Source: a virus | Virus genome (UHGV): UHGV-0127092 | DNA length: 42,338 nucleotides | Direction: 5' to 3' (one strand) | In this document: positions 17,461 to 26,522 of the stretch, one piece after another | Numbering within the stretch: position 1 is the first letter of the stretch | Layout of the letters: each line of letters opens with the position of its first letter | Translations under genes and position numbers: made by a program | The notes under the pieces: model-generated | Told to the model about the DNA's origin: nothing | Seen by the model: only the letters and a program-made list of their open reading frames with translations | Database searches by the model: none

Positions 17461-18114
17461 TTAAAATTTGATGTTTTTCAGTGCATCCAGTGCGGTACTC
17501 ACTTCATCAACATCACGCTGTGAAAGTGAGCCATAACCCCCGGCCATGAATGCTTTAGCCTGGGTGCGTGAGAGCCCAACATCGCGCAGGACTCGTTCAA
17601 TACTTTTTTGAGAAGGGATTTCTCCGCGGGAAAATGCGCTTTTGACATCACTTACCCGCGCTTCATCGTTCGACGGAAACGTTACGAGACTGACTTCCCA
17701 CAGGTCGATCTCTTTGAGAAGGAACACGCCCTTAACACGGTCGTACTCCCAGTCTTTCAGCATGTAACCAATAGAAAGGCCGGTTAAAGAACCGGCCTTC
17801 ATGTGGGCGTGTGCGCGTTTCGAAAGGGGATCGTCATCAATGAGTAACCGGCCTTTAACATAAAGGCCAACCTCATCTTCTTTCATCTCAGTGTAAATAC
17901 CGATGGGTTCATCCATACGGTGCTGCCAGAGTAATGCAGGGAGAGCATTCTTTTCTTTCCATGCCTGAAGGGAGGCCGAAAAAGCGCCTGGCACAACAAC
18001 ATCATCGTAGCTGTCCTTTACGCCAAAAACAGAGCCATAGCCTTCAAACTCCCCGCTGTCGCTGACAGACTTTAGCTGTAGCGGAATATCCAGCCGCTGT
18101 TTAGTCATCGGCAT
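17461..18114 (-). CDS. Prohead protease, HK97 family (peptidase S78)
   Basis: GYGSVFG..DSYDDVVVPGAF motif; between portal and capsid. Confidence 0.85.
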   Translation of the reverse strand: MPMTKQRLDIPLQLKSVSDSGEFEGYGSVFGVKDSYDDVVVPGAFSASLQAWKEKNALPALLWQHRMDEPIGIYTEMKEDEVGLYVKGRLLIDDDPLSKRAHAHMKAGSLTGLSIGYMLKDWEYDRVKGVFLLKEIDLWEVSLVTFPSNDEARVSDVKSAFSRGEIPSQKSIERVLRDVGLSRTQAKAFMAGGYGSLSQRDVDEVSTALDALKNIKF

Positions 18115-19330
18115 TATGTTGTTCCTCGGTTGTTTTGTTCTTGCTGCTGTCTGACGGCTTCGTCGTCATGTTCATTGGCGTAAGGTAAATATCTCCTCCT
18201 GCGCGTGGGTTAAGTTCTTCAAGCTCCCGGCAGTCATTTGGTGAGTAAATCCCCCAGTTAATGCCTGTTGAATACGCCTCAAATCGCGACTTCATATCCC
18301 CGCGCAGCAATGCGCCGGCATTGAATTTTGCGTAGTACACACCCTGCTTTGATTCCTTCACCAGCCCGATGTTGATTCGCTGCTCAATGCGGGTCATGTA
18401 CGGAACGAGTGAATAATTGATAAACCCCATGCCGAGGTTTTCAATATTGTTAAACGTCGAGCGGTCAGTGTTCTGCACCATATGCATCGGCACCCGGAAC
18501 AGGCGGCATATTTCCTCCAGCTGGAATTTCCTGGTCTCAAGGAACTGACTGTCTTCCGCATTGAGCGCCATCGACTTCCAGTCCAGTCCCATTTCTAGAA
18601 TCATTGGTCGGTGCGCGTTGCTCAGCCCGAGGTGACGGTCCTCAAAATCCTTTTTCAGCCTTGCGTAAGCAGCATCAGTGAGCGTTTGCTCAGTGCGGAG
18701 TACGCCGGAGGTAACCGCGCCATTTGAGAACAACCGCGCCCCATGTTCCTCTGTTGCCATTCCCAGAGATATTGCTTCTCTTGCATAGGCTATAGGGTTC
18801 AGTCCCACCAGCCCGTCAAAGGTAAGCGTCCTGACATGCCAGATATCATCCTGCCCAAGCACGTCTGTTGAGCCATCGGGGAATGTTACCTGGTAAACCG
18901 GTTGCCACTGGCTGTTAAGCTTTGGTTCAACACACCCTGGGTCAATGGGAAGAAGCTCCACCACCTCGCCAAGCGCTTTAACTTTGTAGGCGTAAAAATT
19001 ACCGCGAAGACAAAGACAGACAATGACCAGTTCCCAGAACTCCTGAGGGGTCATGTAATCATTTGGCTTCATCGTCAGTAATTTATGCAGCCTTTCGGAA
19101 GTCGCTTTTTGTTTACTGTTTCCGGTTATCTTGTACAGGTTACAGGGCAGCATGCCCATCGACTCAGCAAGAACCCTGATACAACCGAAAACCGCTGTAA
19201 GCCGCATGGCTTTCTGGCTACTTATCCTTTTCCCTGTATAGGTGTCGTAAGTCATTCCCACTGCTTCAGCGAGTTCTGCCGGAGTAGTGACAGGGGCGTC
19301 ACTTTTTTTGAACATTCCGGGGAAAAACAT
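18101..19330 (-). CDS. Portal protein, HK97 family
   Basis: 409 aa; position after terminase large subunit. Confidence 0.85.
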   Translation of the reverse strand: MFFPGMFKKSDAPVTTPAELAEAVGMTYDTYTGKRISSQKAMRLTAVFGCIRVLAESMGMLPCNLYKITGNSKQKATSERLHKLLTMKPNDYMTPQEFWELVIVCLCLRGNFYAYKVKALGEVVELLPIDPGCVEPKLNSQWQPVYQVTFPDGSTDVLGQDDIWHVRTLTFDGLVGLNPIAYAREAISLGMATEEHGARLFSNGAVTSGVLRTEQTLTDAAYARLKKDFEDRHLGLSNAHRPMILEMGLDWKSMALNAEDSQFLETRKFQLEEICRLFRVPMHMVQNTDRSTFNNIENLGMGFINYSLVPYMTRIEQRINIGLVKESKQGVYYAKFNAGALLRGDMKSRFEAYSTGINWGIYSPNDCRELEELNPRAGGDIYLTPMNMTTKPSDSSKNKTTEEQHNADD

Positions 19331-19515
19331 CAGTCAGTCCCCCCTCGCAATGTTTTCCCGGCCAGCGAAAGCGTGCGGGAAACCAGCCATGACCAGATAA
19401 GGCAAAGCATACCGGCACTGATTAAGCCTCCTGGCGGATAAATCATCCATACACCAAACGAAAGCAAAATAGCGCCCATCACCCCGATCAGTGGGGCGAG
19501 AATCATCAGGATCAT
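19330..19515 (-). CDS. Small membrane protein translationally coupled to portal
   Basis: 61 aa, two hydrophobic segments; its stop overlaps the portal ATG (TGATG). Confidence 0.4.
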   Translation of the reverse strand: MILMILAPLIGVMGAILLSFGVWMIYPPGGLISAGMLCLIWSWLVSRTLSLAGKTLRGGTD

Positions 19516-19525
19516 AACTGCCTCT

Positions 19526-21283
19526 TTATAATGAACGGACGCCGTAACTTTCCAGATGGTCAGAGAGGCTGTCCTGTTGTTCGCCGCCGTTTACAAGCAT
19601 GCGGCTCATTGCGGTAAACAAGGCGGCAGGCCCGTCTATTTTCGCTTCTGGCGTGGATTTGTTCGGAAAGATATTGTCGTTTTTGTCAGGCTTGACGGTG
19701 ACGTTAGACATCATCCAGTTCATTACAGGGTGATTGCTGTGATGGAAGCGCCCGCCGTAAACCAGCGATTCAACCTCCTTCATTGACTCAGAAAAGTTTC
19801 TGACCGTTTGCGGAACTTCCACCAGCGGCACGCCCTCTTCTGCCAGTGCCAGGCTAAACTGCGTTGCACTCCACGGGTCGAACCCGGTTTCCTTCAGGTT
19901 TTCGCCGCTAATCCATTCCAGAAAATCAGCTTTAATCTGCGCATGATCGATAACATCACCGTCGGTCAGTTCCAGCTTCCCAAGCTCAGCCCATTTGCGA
20001 TACATCTGCGCCATTTGAGCGGAACATTTTTCCAGCCGCCCTTCGGGTAACCAGAATTTAAAGTCGGCATGCGCGTGACCGTTGTCTGCCCGCCAGAGTT
20101 TTACTGCTGCGCAAATATCAATCTTGTGGGCCAGATCCACGCCAGCCCACATCGGGTAGGTTTTCAGCTCATGACGGGGGGCTATAAACTCACATTTTTC
20201 CCACTTAATCATGTCCATCCAGGCTGACTCAGCGGTCACCCAGATATTCATGTGTTTGGTGAAAAAGTTAACCCTGGCGGAAACTTGTTCTTTGGCCTTC
20301 TTAGCCAGTCGGCGAAGGTCATCCCAGCGCTTACAGATTCCGAGTCCGGGGTTAGCCTTTTGCCAGACCGTTTCATCAAACGGATCATCATCTTTATCCA
20401 GGGTGAAGATGATGGCGAAAAAGGTGTCATCCTTCACCGCGCCTTCCACTTCGCTGTTATAGCCACGCAGCACCTTAATGGCATAATCGCGCAGCTCGTA
20501 ACAAATCCCTTCTTTGTTAAACCCGGCTGTCGTTATGCCAAACAGAAGAGACTGCAATCGTGCGCCGGTTGCAGTCTCCAGAACGTCCCAGACATCACGG
20601 GTTTTATGCGCATGAAGTTCGTCGACGATGCCACAATGGATATTGAGACCATCAAGATTGTTGGCATCAGAAGAAAGCGGTTCAAACTTGGATGCTGTCT
20701 GCTCCTGGTAGATCGCCAGTTTATTGAATTCAAACAGTCGCCCCAGTGTGGGTTTCGCTTTTTTAACCATGTTTTTCGCATCTTCAAAAACGATGCGAGC
20801 CTGATCCCGCGTTGTCGCTGCGGAATAAACCTCTGCCCCACCCTCACCATCGGCGCCAGCCATATAAAGACCAACGCCAGAGGATAATGTCGATTTAGCA
20901 TTTTTACGGGCAACTTCGTTATATGCCGTGCGAAACCTGCGGACCATCACCGGACGACCGCTGCCATCATTACGCAGCACAACTTCGCCTGTTTCTTCAT
21001 TTACCAGAGGTATAACAAAACCGAATATGTTGATCAGAATGAAAACATGCCAGTCCATCAACTCAATCGGCTGGCCTGCCAGTGCTCCTTTAACATGAGG
21101 CACGAATTTATAGAAATTGAGGATGTGCTGTGCGCGGGGCTCGCTGAAATAGATGCCACGTTCTTCACCGTGCTTCAGATCATCAAGAAATCGCTGACAG
21201 GAAAGACGGACAAATTCACAGGCAATAACCTCCCCGGCAACGACGCGTTCGGCGTAACGTATGCCATCAGTAACTTTTGCCAT
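19526..21283 (-). CDS. Terminase large subunit
   Basis: 585 aa; ATPase and nuclease regions typical of TerL; follows the small subunit with a 1-nt overlap. Confidence 0.9.
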   Translation of the reverse strand: MAKVTDGIRYAERVVAGEVIACEFVRLSCQRFLDDLKHGEERGIYFSEPRAQHILNFYKFVPHVKGALAGQPIELMDWHVFILINIFGFVIPLVNEETGEVVLRNDGSGRPVMVRRFRTAYNEVARKNAKSTLSSGVGLYMAGADGEGGAEVYSAATTRDQARIVFEDAKNMVKKAKPTLGRLFEFNKLAIYQEQTASKFEPLSSDANNLDGLNIHCGIVDELHAHKTRDVWDVLETATGARLQSLLFGITTAGFNKEGICYELRDYAIKVLRGYNSEVEGAVKDDTFFAIIFTLDKDDDPFDETVWQKANPGLGICKRWDDLRRLAKKAKEQVSARVNFFTKHMNIWVTAESAWMDMIKWEKCEFIAPRHELKTYPMWAGVDLAHKIDICAAVKLWRADNGHAHADFKFWLPEGRLEKCSAQMAQMYRKWAELGKLELTDGDVIDHAQIKADFLEWISGENLKETGFDPWSATQFSLALAEEGVPLVEVPQTVRNFSESMKEVESLVYGGRFHHSNHPVMNWMMSNVTVKPDKNDNIFPNKSTPEAKIDGPAALFTAMSRMLVNGGEQQDSLSDHLESYGVRSL

Positions 21284-21780
21284 CAGTCCCTCGAATTTAG
21301 AAATTGACTTAACAGATCATCATCGTCTGGTTTGTCTTTACTGACCTTAGACCTGCTGGAAGGAGTCATACCAAACTCCGCTAACATCGCGCGAAGTCGC
21401 TTCCAGGCATCAGCTTTCATCATGGCTGCCGGATGCGGCTTGATCATGCGTATTTCACGTTCTTTCCCTTCATCAGCATCATCATCGCTGTATACCGCAT
21501 AGGTATAACCTTCCCGATCCAGCGTTTCACAATGATGGCGGTATTCCGTATATGCCTCTACCAGCAACTCCAGAGCCCTGGCATCCAGCTGAGATATGAC
21601 GCCAATGGCATCAAGTTCTTCGGCCATCCGCTTAAACCAGTACTTCCCCTGCTTGTCGAAATGCTTGGGAACTGGGGGGACCCCTTTAGGTGGCTGCGGC
21701 TCGTTTTTGTTGATTGGTCGTTTGGAAGGGTTACCCCTCACCAAACGCAGATGGGTAGGGGTTTTCGGCGGTCCTGACAT
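21283..21780 (-). CDS. Terminase small subunit (P27 family)
   Basis: 165 aa; basic N-terminus and conserved ALELLVEAYTEY-like region; downstream of an HNH endonuclease gene as in HK97-like phages. Confidence 0.75.
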   Translation of the reverse strand: MSGPPKTPTHLRLVRGNPSKRPINKNEPQPPKGVPPVPKHFDKQGKYWFKRMAEELDAIGVISQLDARALELLVEAYTEYRHHCETLDREGYTYAVYSDDDADEGKEREIRMIKPHPAAMMKADAWKRLRAMLAEFGMTPSSRSKVSKDKPDDDDLLSQFLNSRD

Positions 21781-21936
21781 AATCGAAAACTCCTATTAAT
21801 CATCGGCTTGGGGACCCCAAAAAAAGTTTTCTAACCTGCGGCGATGTGAAGAAAGGCTAGGCGGCGGTCCTTTTGGCGCCAGGTTACAGGGATTTGACCT
21901 CCCCCTCCCCTCCACATCCGTTGATGGTAATCATTA

Positions 21937-22287
21937 TCATTTGAAGCGTTCACGCCCTGTTTTCGAGCGGTGGCAAGGCCAGCACAGGCTTTCAAGGTTC
22001 GAATCATCATCGGTACCCCCATGAGCCTTAGCCTTGATATGGTCAACGGTTGTGGCCGCGACAGCGCGTCCAGTACGCAGGCAGTTCTGACACAGATGAT
22101 TATCACGCTTCAGGATGCGCGCGCGCTTGATATCCCACTTGCCGCCGTAACCACGCTCATGGCGGCTCTTACCCTGCTGGTGCTGTTGCCAGCCCTCATT
22201 TCGATGCTGCTCACAGTAGCCTGAACGGTCCGTAGTCGTACCGGGACAACCTCTCTTGCGACATGCGCGAGGGATTAACGCTGGCAT
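21937..22287 (-). CDS. HNH endonuclease
   Basis: DHIKAKAHGGTDDDSNLESLCWPCH HNH motif; adjacent to the terminase genes. Confidence 0.85.
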   Translation of the reverse strand: MPALIPRACRKRGCPGTTTDRSGYCEQHRNEGWQQHQQGKSRHERGYGGKWDIKRARILKRDNHLCQNCLRTGRAVAATTVDHIKAKAHGGTDDDSNLESLCWPCHRSKTGRERFK

Positions 22288-22290
22288 GGT

Positions 22291-22467
22291 TCAATCCTCA
22301 CGGAACCGTAGAGCGATTGAGTTCAGCATCTGCTGTAAGTCTTGGGCTTTCTCCATCGCCCATGCCGCTGGCTCCGGTCGTTGACTTTGCACAGGTGGCG
22401 GCGACTTGCAGGCGCTTACGCCCAGCAGAAACATCAGCACGGAGACTTTCGATAGTCGCGTTAGCAT
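22291..22467 (-). CDS. Outer-membrane lipoprotein spanin Rz1 (o-spanin), overlapping Rz in +1 frame
   Basis: Signal peptide with lipobox VSAC followed by Pro-rich [12 protein letters not shown]; start chosen at MLTRLSK. Confidence 0.6.
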   Translation of the reverse strand: MLTRLSKVSVLMFLLGVSACKSPPPVQSQRPEPAAWAMEKAQDLQQMLNSIALRFRED

Positions 22468-22696
22468 CAGCAAGCTCCTTTGTGTATTTGGCATCCAGTG
22501 CAGCGACATCACGCTGGCGGGTCTGCATGTCTTTAATGGTGGCGGTCGCCAGGAGGAGTTTCTCAGTGGCCTTATCGCGCTGGTCTCTGTAAGTGATGGC
22601 GTTGTCGCGGTAGTGGTTCACGAAGAAAGCCAGTGCGCCGATTAACGCCAGCACCAGCAACTGCAGCCAGTAACGCTTAACCAGTGCGCTAATCAT
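22298..22696 (-). CDS. Inner-membrane spanin Rz (i-spanin)
   Basis: N-terminal transmembrane helix, coiled-coil periplasmic domain; 4-nt overlap with the lysozyme gene. Confidence 0.7.
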   Translation of the reverse strand: MISALVKRYWLQLLVLALIGALAFFVNHYRDNAITYRDQRDKATEKLLLATATIKDMQTRQRDVAALDAKYTKELADANATIESLRADVSAGRKRLQVAATCAKSTTGASGMGDGESPRLTADAELNRSTVP

Positions 22697-23133
22697 GACA
22701 GGAACAGAGCTCGCTCTGCCTCCCGCCGACGTGTCAGCCCATTCAGCACCTTCCCACCAGCTTTATTCCAGCGCAGGAACTCATCGGCTGCACCAGCGTA
22801 ATCTCCGGCGTTGAGTTTTCGCAGGAGAGTCGATGTCGACAATGACCGCGCACCGAGGTTATACGTGAACGACACCAGGGCATCGAATTGCCCCTGAGTC
22901 AGGCCAACTTTAACCAGTCGTGACACGTCACTTTCGTAACTGACCATTCCTGTCTTCAGCAGGCGTTCTGCCGTTTCCTGCTTAATTGTCATCCCGGCAC
23001 GGATTGGTTTCCCGTCGACGGGCTGAGTCCAGCCATAACCGATCGTCCAAACGCCGACGCTGTCCTGATAGGCAGTGAGCTTGCAACCTTCGAACTCTTT
23101 GATCAGGGCAATGCCTTTATCACTGGTTTGCAT
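22693..23133 (-). CDS. Endolysin, lysozyme (glycoside hydrolase family 24)
   Basis: [24 protein letters not shown] motif with catalytic Glu; between holin and Rz. Confidence 0.85.
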   Translation of the reverse strand: MQTSDKGIALIKEFEGCKLTAYQDSVGVWTIGYGWTQPVDGKPIRAGMTIKQETAERLLKTGMVSYESDVSRLVKVGLTQGQFDALVSFTYNLGARSLSTSTLLRKLNAGDYAGAADEFLRWNKAGGKVLNGLTRRREAERALFLS

Positions 23134-23437
23134 TCTTCATCCCCGTCAAGCGTTCCCAGAAATAGGTCAGAGCCACTGAACCCATCGCCCCGCTAATGCC
23201 GGACGTGACAAGGATCATGTGAAAACTCAACCCACTCTCCACGCTTATCAACCCGCCAATCAAACCGGTAAAGCCGGAGACAGCGATCTGTGCCAGCGCG
23301 TTTATCCAGCTCCATGTCGCTTTATTCTGCTTTACGTCGATCAGGTAGCGAACTAAACCGCCCCAGCATGCAATGCCGAGCAGGACTAACCAGGACAGGC
23401 CTACAATTTTGTGGTCGTCATTCATACGCTTTGCCAT
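23120..23437 (-). CDS. Holin with possible dual start (MAKRM)
   Basis: Hydrophobic helices; ATG at about 23437 preceded by GGAGGTG; second in-frame Met four codons downstream. Track start 23506 is probably too long. Confidence 0.7.
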   Translation of the reverse strand: MAKRMNDDHKIVGLSWLVLLGIACWGGLVRYLIDVKQNKATWSWINALAQIAVSGFTGLIGGLISVESGLSFHMILVTSGISGAMGSVALTYFWERLTGMKNANQ

Positions 23438-23510
23438 ATCACCTCCGAAGGAACGGGGTGCTGTTTGTGTAGAGTGGAAGGATGCCAGGAAACAACGACC
23501 GGACATCGCA

Positions 23511-23539
23511 AATAAAAAAGCCCCGCACGATGGCGAGGC
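23511..23539 (-). terminator. tR'-like intrinsic terminator between Q and holin
   Basis: Minus-strand RNA GCCUCGC-CAUCGU-GCGGGGC followed by U6. Confidence 0.55.
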
Positions 23540-23593
23540 TCTTAATTCTTTGTCGACCTACGAAGCTATGGCGACGATATCATATTTACATGA

Positions 23594-23622
23594 AATATAT
23601 GCTATTTAATTGACTTTTGCAA
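23594..23622 (-). promoter_or_regulatory. Candidate late promoter (pR'-like): TTGCAA-17-TATATT
   Basis: -35 at 23617-23622, -10 at 23594-23599 on minus strand, overlapping the 3' end of the Q gene, about 50-70 nt upstream of the terminator. Confidence 0.45.
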
Positions 23623-24295
23623 TACCATGCCGCGAAAAAGTCGTTTTTTGTTGTGAACGTGATCGAGAAACCGTCAGCAAAGCTTGTCTGTCCAATCCTT
23701 GGAAAATTTCCCCCATAGCCCGCCAGTAGCCAGAATAGTTATGGCTCCAGTTATCGGGTTTAATTCCGATCATAGAAGCTGGCGCATAACGTAAGCAGCC
23801 TTCCCTGCCTGAAATATCCGCTTTTTCATTCTGAGCCGCCAGCCAGATGAGCTGACGCAGGCGATCTACCGTTTTCTTTGCAATGCGCACACCTGCAAAT
23901 TGTTGGTTGAATTGCTCCCACGCCCAGCGGACAATCGTCTCCTGGAGCTCCCAGCAGATATTGTCGCTGTAGGTCCAGAGCAACCATGCTCTCTGATGGT
24001 CTTCCAGAGACAGGACAGCGCGGCGCCATGATGCGGTGCCGAACTCTACCGGACTCACCAGCGCGATTGACGAGCCCTTGGCGCGTGACTGACTGCCGCT
24101 CATCGGCGGGCCGTCGGGGTTAACCATGCGCTTTTTCTGCGCGTCATAGACTTTCTTCCGCCCCCGGCTGCGCGCCGTCGCGGTGAATTGCGCGTTCTCG
24201 GCGAAAGCGACCAGCTGCCCTTTCGTCGCCCCGCTGAGGTCTGCGGTCGCCACAATGAGCTGCTGACGTACGTATTCCAGTTGCTGACTGTTCAT
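23606..24295 (-). CDS. Putative late-gene antiterminator Q
   Basis: 229-aa ORF directly upstream of the promoter-terminator-holin arrangement and downstream of the nin genes. Assigned by position; family not confirmed. Confidence 0.55.
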   Translation of the reverse strand: MNSQQLEYVRQQLIVATADLSGATKGQLVAFAENAQFTATARSRGRKKVYDAQKKRMVNPDGPPMSGSQSRAKGSSIALVSPVEFGTASWRRAVLSLEDHQRAWLLWTYSDNICWELQETIVRWAWEQFNQQFAGVRIAKKTVDRLRQLIWLAAQNEKADISGREGCLRYAPASMIGIKPDNWSHNYSGYWRAMGEIFQGLDRQALLTVSRSRSQQKTTFSRHGIAKVN

Positions 24296-24404
24296 GCGGC
24301 TTCCTTCTGTGGCTGGTTGGTTTTGGTCTGGCTGTGCTTTGCTACTGGTGGCATGTTGGCGCGCTTTACGCTTTCTGCCTGGTACCGGATAATCTGGTCA
24401 CGTG

Positions 24405-24788
24405 TCATTCATCCACCCTCTCGTTCTGCCAGAGAGGAAGTGGTGACTTATCCCCGGCGCGGCGAATGCGTGACTTGGCGTTCTTCTCAATCTGAATGAG
24501 CTTCTCGATATTCTGACGGCGCTGCTTTTCTTCCCGGCGGAGATATTTCACGCTTTCCCAGTAGCGAGACTCCTGGTCGCAAAGTGTCATCAGGTAGTCG
24601 AATGGATCGATTAGCGTTTCGCATTTCCGGCAGCGTAGCGTTCGCTCTTTTCCGTTTATCGATACAGCAGAGTGCAGACACATGACCTTTTGGCCTTCGC
24701 GCTGAATGACCAGCCCATCCTGCAGGTCGTTATTCTTTGACGGGAAAGCGACAACCTTGCCCAGTTCAATTTCGGTTTCTGTGCTCAT
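24405..24788 (-). CDS. Hypothetical protein (Cys-containing, basic C-terminus)
   Basis: 127-aa ORF, 4-nt overlap with ninG. Confidence 0.5.
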   Translation of the reverse strand: MSTETEIELGKVVAFPSKNNDLQDGLVIQREGQKVMCLHSAVSINGKERTLRCRKCETLIDPFDYLMTLCDQESRYWESVKYLRREEKQRRQNIEKLIQIEKNAKSRIRRAGDKSPLPLWQNERVDE

Positions 24789-25426
24789 GCGGCCTCCCGC
24801 TGTTTCAGTGCTTTGAGCTTGGCGCGGTACTCATCGCGGATCCGGATGAAGTCTTCCCGGCGGTAGTTGGTCATTTCATGGGGCCCGTTGAGCCAGTTGA
24901 CGTATCCCTGACCGTAACGAGCGACCAACCCAGCTTCGTATTGCTGCGCCACGGTCGCCTCTTTGGCGGTGTACTTGCCAGCTCCGGCATTACAGGATTT
25001 GCACTGCTTATGGGCGTTGCGTTCTTCAAAGCGCAGTTCAGGGTAAGCACCTACTGTCTTGAAATGGCCGCAATCCCACTGGCCACCATGCAGATCAGGC
25101 GGATTGGTCTCGCCGCAGCTGATGCATGGCAAATCGGCGTCGCGCGCACGGATAAAGGCGTTGAAAGCTTTCTGAGCCTGAGCCTTGTAGTATCCGTCTG
25201 GCCTGAGCTCTGCCAGCCGCTCCTTGCGGCGTTTGCGCCCGTCCTTCTCAGCCTCTTTTTGCTCCTTGATGCGCTTAGCCGCGGCTTTCACCTTCTCCTT
25301 CTTGCGTTCTTCCATTGCGAGGATTGCGCCGTGTTCCGGGCAGCACCAGCGGATCCGGATGTCGTGGAATTTCGGCACGAAGTATTCACCGCATACTTTG
25401 CACTTACGGCGGGATGGTTTACGCAT
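24785..25426 (-). CDS. ninG: NinG (Rap-like) recombination protein
   Basis: Strong similarity to recalled lambda NinG: CK.C..F, AFNAFIRARD.DLPCISCG, ELRFEERNAHKQC.SCN; GGAGG RBS. Confidence 0.8.
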   Translation of the reverse strand: MRKPSRRKCKVCGEYFVPKFHDIRIRWCCPEHGAILAMEERKKEKVKAAAKRIKEQKEAEKDGRKRRKERLAELRPDGYYKAQAQKAFNAFIRARDADLPCISCGETNPPDLHGGQWDCGHFKTVGAYPELRFEERNAHKQCKSCNAGAGKYTAKEATVAQQYEAGLVARYGQGYVNWLNGPHEMTNYRREDFIRIRDEYRAKLKALKQREAA

Positions 25427-25589
25427 GCTTCCTCCGTGCCGCGAGTCGCAGCCATTTCTGATCCACCAGGCGGGCGGTGTAGCCCTTCAGGGTCGGGATG
25501 TCGGACGGCTTAACCGCTGGCTTACGCTGGCGGCGCGCCGGAACGCGGAAGATTTCATTGGTGATGACGCGTGCGAGAGGACTACCCAC
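25419..25589 (-). CDS. Small NinE-like ORF (hand-translated; not in ORF track)
   Basis: About 56 codons from a GTG (GGAGGG 6 nt upstream) overlapping the ninB stop, ending in an ATGcgTAA overlap with the ninG start; basic. Coordinates approximate. Confidence 0.3.
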   Translation of the reverse strand: MGSPLARVITNEIFRVPARRQRKPAVKPSDIPTLKGYTARLVDQKWLRLAARRKHA

Positions 25590-26031
25590 GGGAAGCCCTC
25601 CACTCTTGCGCCCAGGCGATGCGCTTACTGGATGCTTCGGAGAACTTCACTCCGCGGTCGGTTCCGAACCAGTAAATCGCCTCGATGACGTCTACCATGT
25701 AGCGCTTGCTGGATTTGGATGTGCGGACGCCGAAATAAACGCGTCCGCCGTTGATGCCCGGCGCGGATTTCTGCTCCTGGTTATGGGTCTGATTCACCAG
25801 AACGGTGATGAGGTCCTTCCATTCCTCGCGGGTCAGCTTTTCGCCGTGCCAGACTACCTGGTCAGACAGGTCTTTCAGCAGCGGCCACATCAGGCGATTC
25901 TGCTTGTCGGTGCGGGTCTCTTCCCGGGCCTCGACCACCATCGGCGCACGAGGATTTACCGGCAAGGTGCGAATGTACGCGATGAGGTTCTCTTTAACGG
26001 TGTCGTTAACGATGCAGTAGTGCTGCTTCAT
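25582..26031 (-). CDS. ninB: NinB (Orf) recombination mediator
   Basis: DKQNRLMWPLLKDLSDQVVWHG and GVKFSEASSKRIAWAQEW match recalled lambda NinB blocks; start at MKQHYC. Confidence 0.8.
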   Translation of the reverse strand: MKQHYCIVNDTVKENLIAYIRTLPVNPRAPMVVEAREETRTDKQNRLMWPLLKDLSDQVVWHGEKLTREEWKDLITVLVNQTHNQEQKSAPGINGGRVYFGVRTSKSSKRYMVDVIEAIYWFGTDRGVKFSEASSKRIAWAQEWRASRG

Positions 26032-26212
26032 ACGCCACCTCCGAGAGGTAACGCAGAATGCAGAAAATCGCAGGTGCATTTCTGCATCTGTGACAAGGTG
26101 AGGAGTTCAGATTGTGGTCGCATTTAAGTCCCCTTAAATGCGAAGAAGTCTGCCAGGGTTGTTCAGGCCGTCAGCAAAGAAAGTATGGACGGTTGATTCA
26201 ACAAAATCAACT

Positions 26213-26237
26213 AAAGAAAAAGGCCTCCGAAGAGGCC
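26213..26237 (-). terminator. tR2-like intrinsic terminator upstream of the nin genes
   Basis: Minus-strand RNA GGCCUC-UUCG-GAGGCC followed by UUUUUCUUU. Confidence 0.55.
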
Positions 26238-26279
26238 ATGGCTCTCGATATGGGGATTCCCATATCGCTTGTATGGTAG

Positions 26280-26522
26280 CTATGTCAACTCAGGCAGTTT
26301 GAAGCCAGCCATGTCTTCTGCCCGGATGGGAGGTGACAGGCAGTCAGCAAAGACCAGTGAACCATCGAGCAAGATAACGAAACTCCACCCTCTGAACAGG
26401 CTGGCGCTACACCAGTCGGCCTTAAGCGGCACATCTGGCATCCTGTCCGGGAAGGTTGGGTAATGCCCTGCAAGCCACTCCATGGCGTCGCAGCGGTTGA
26501 TGGTGTAATTGTCGTACATCAT
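26280..26522 (-). CDS. Hypothetical protein
   Basis: 80-aa ORF, 4-nt overlap with the upstream gene. Confidence 0.45.
   Translation of the reverse strand: MMYDNYTINRCDAMEWLAGHYPTFPDRMPDVPLKADWCSASLFRGWSFVILLDGSLVFADCLSPPIRAEDMAGFKLPELT

Noticed and set aside
21781-21936. cos site in the C-rich stretch between the terminase small subunit and HNH genes
   Set aside because: Position is plausible for HK97-like phages but no defining cohesive-end sequence can be recognised by eye.
23438-23506. N-terminal extensions in the ORF track for holin (to 23506), L (to 9549), M (to 9827) and the tape measure protein (to 13069)
   Set aside because: Extensions lack an RBS and overlap upstream genes or terminators; downstream ATGs with RBS and ATGA-type coupling give lengths matching lambda homologues.
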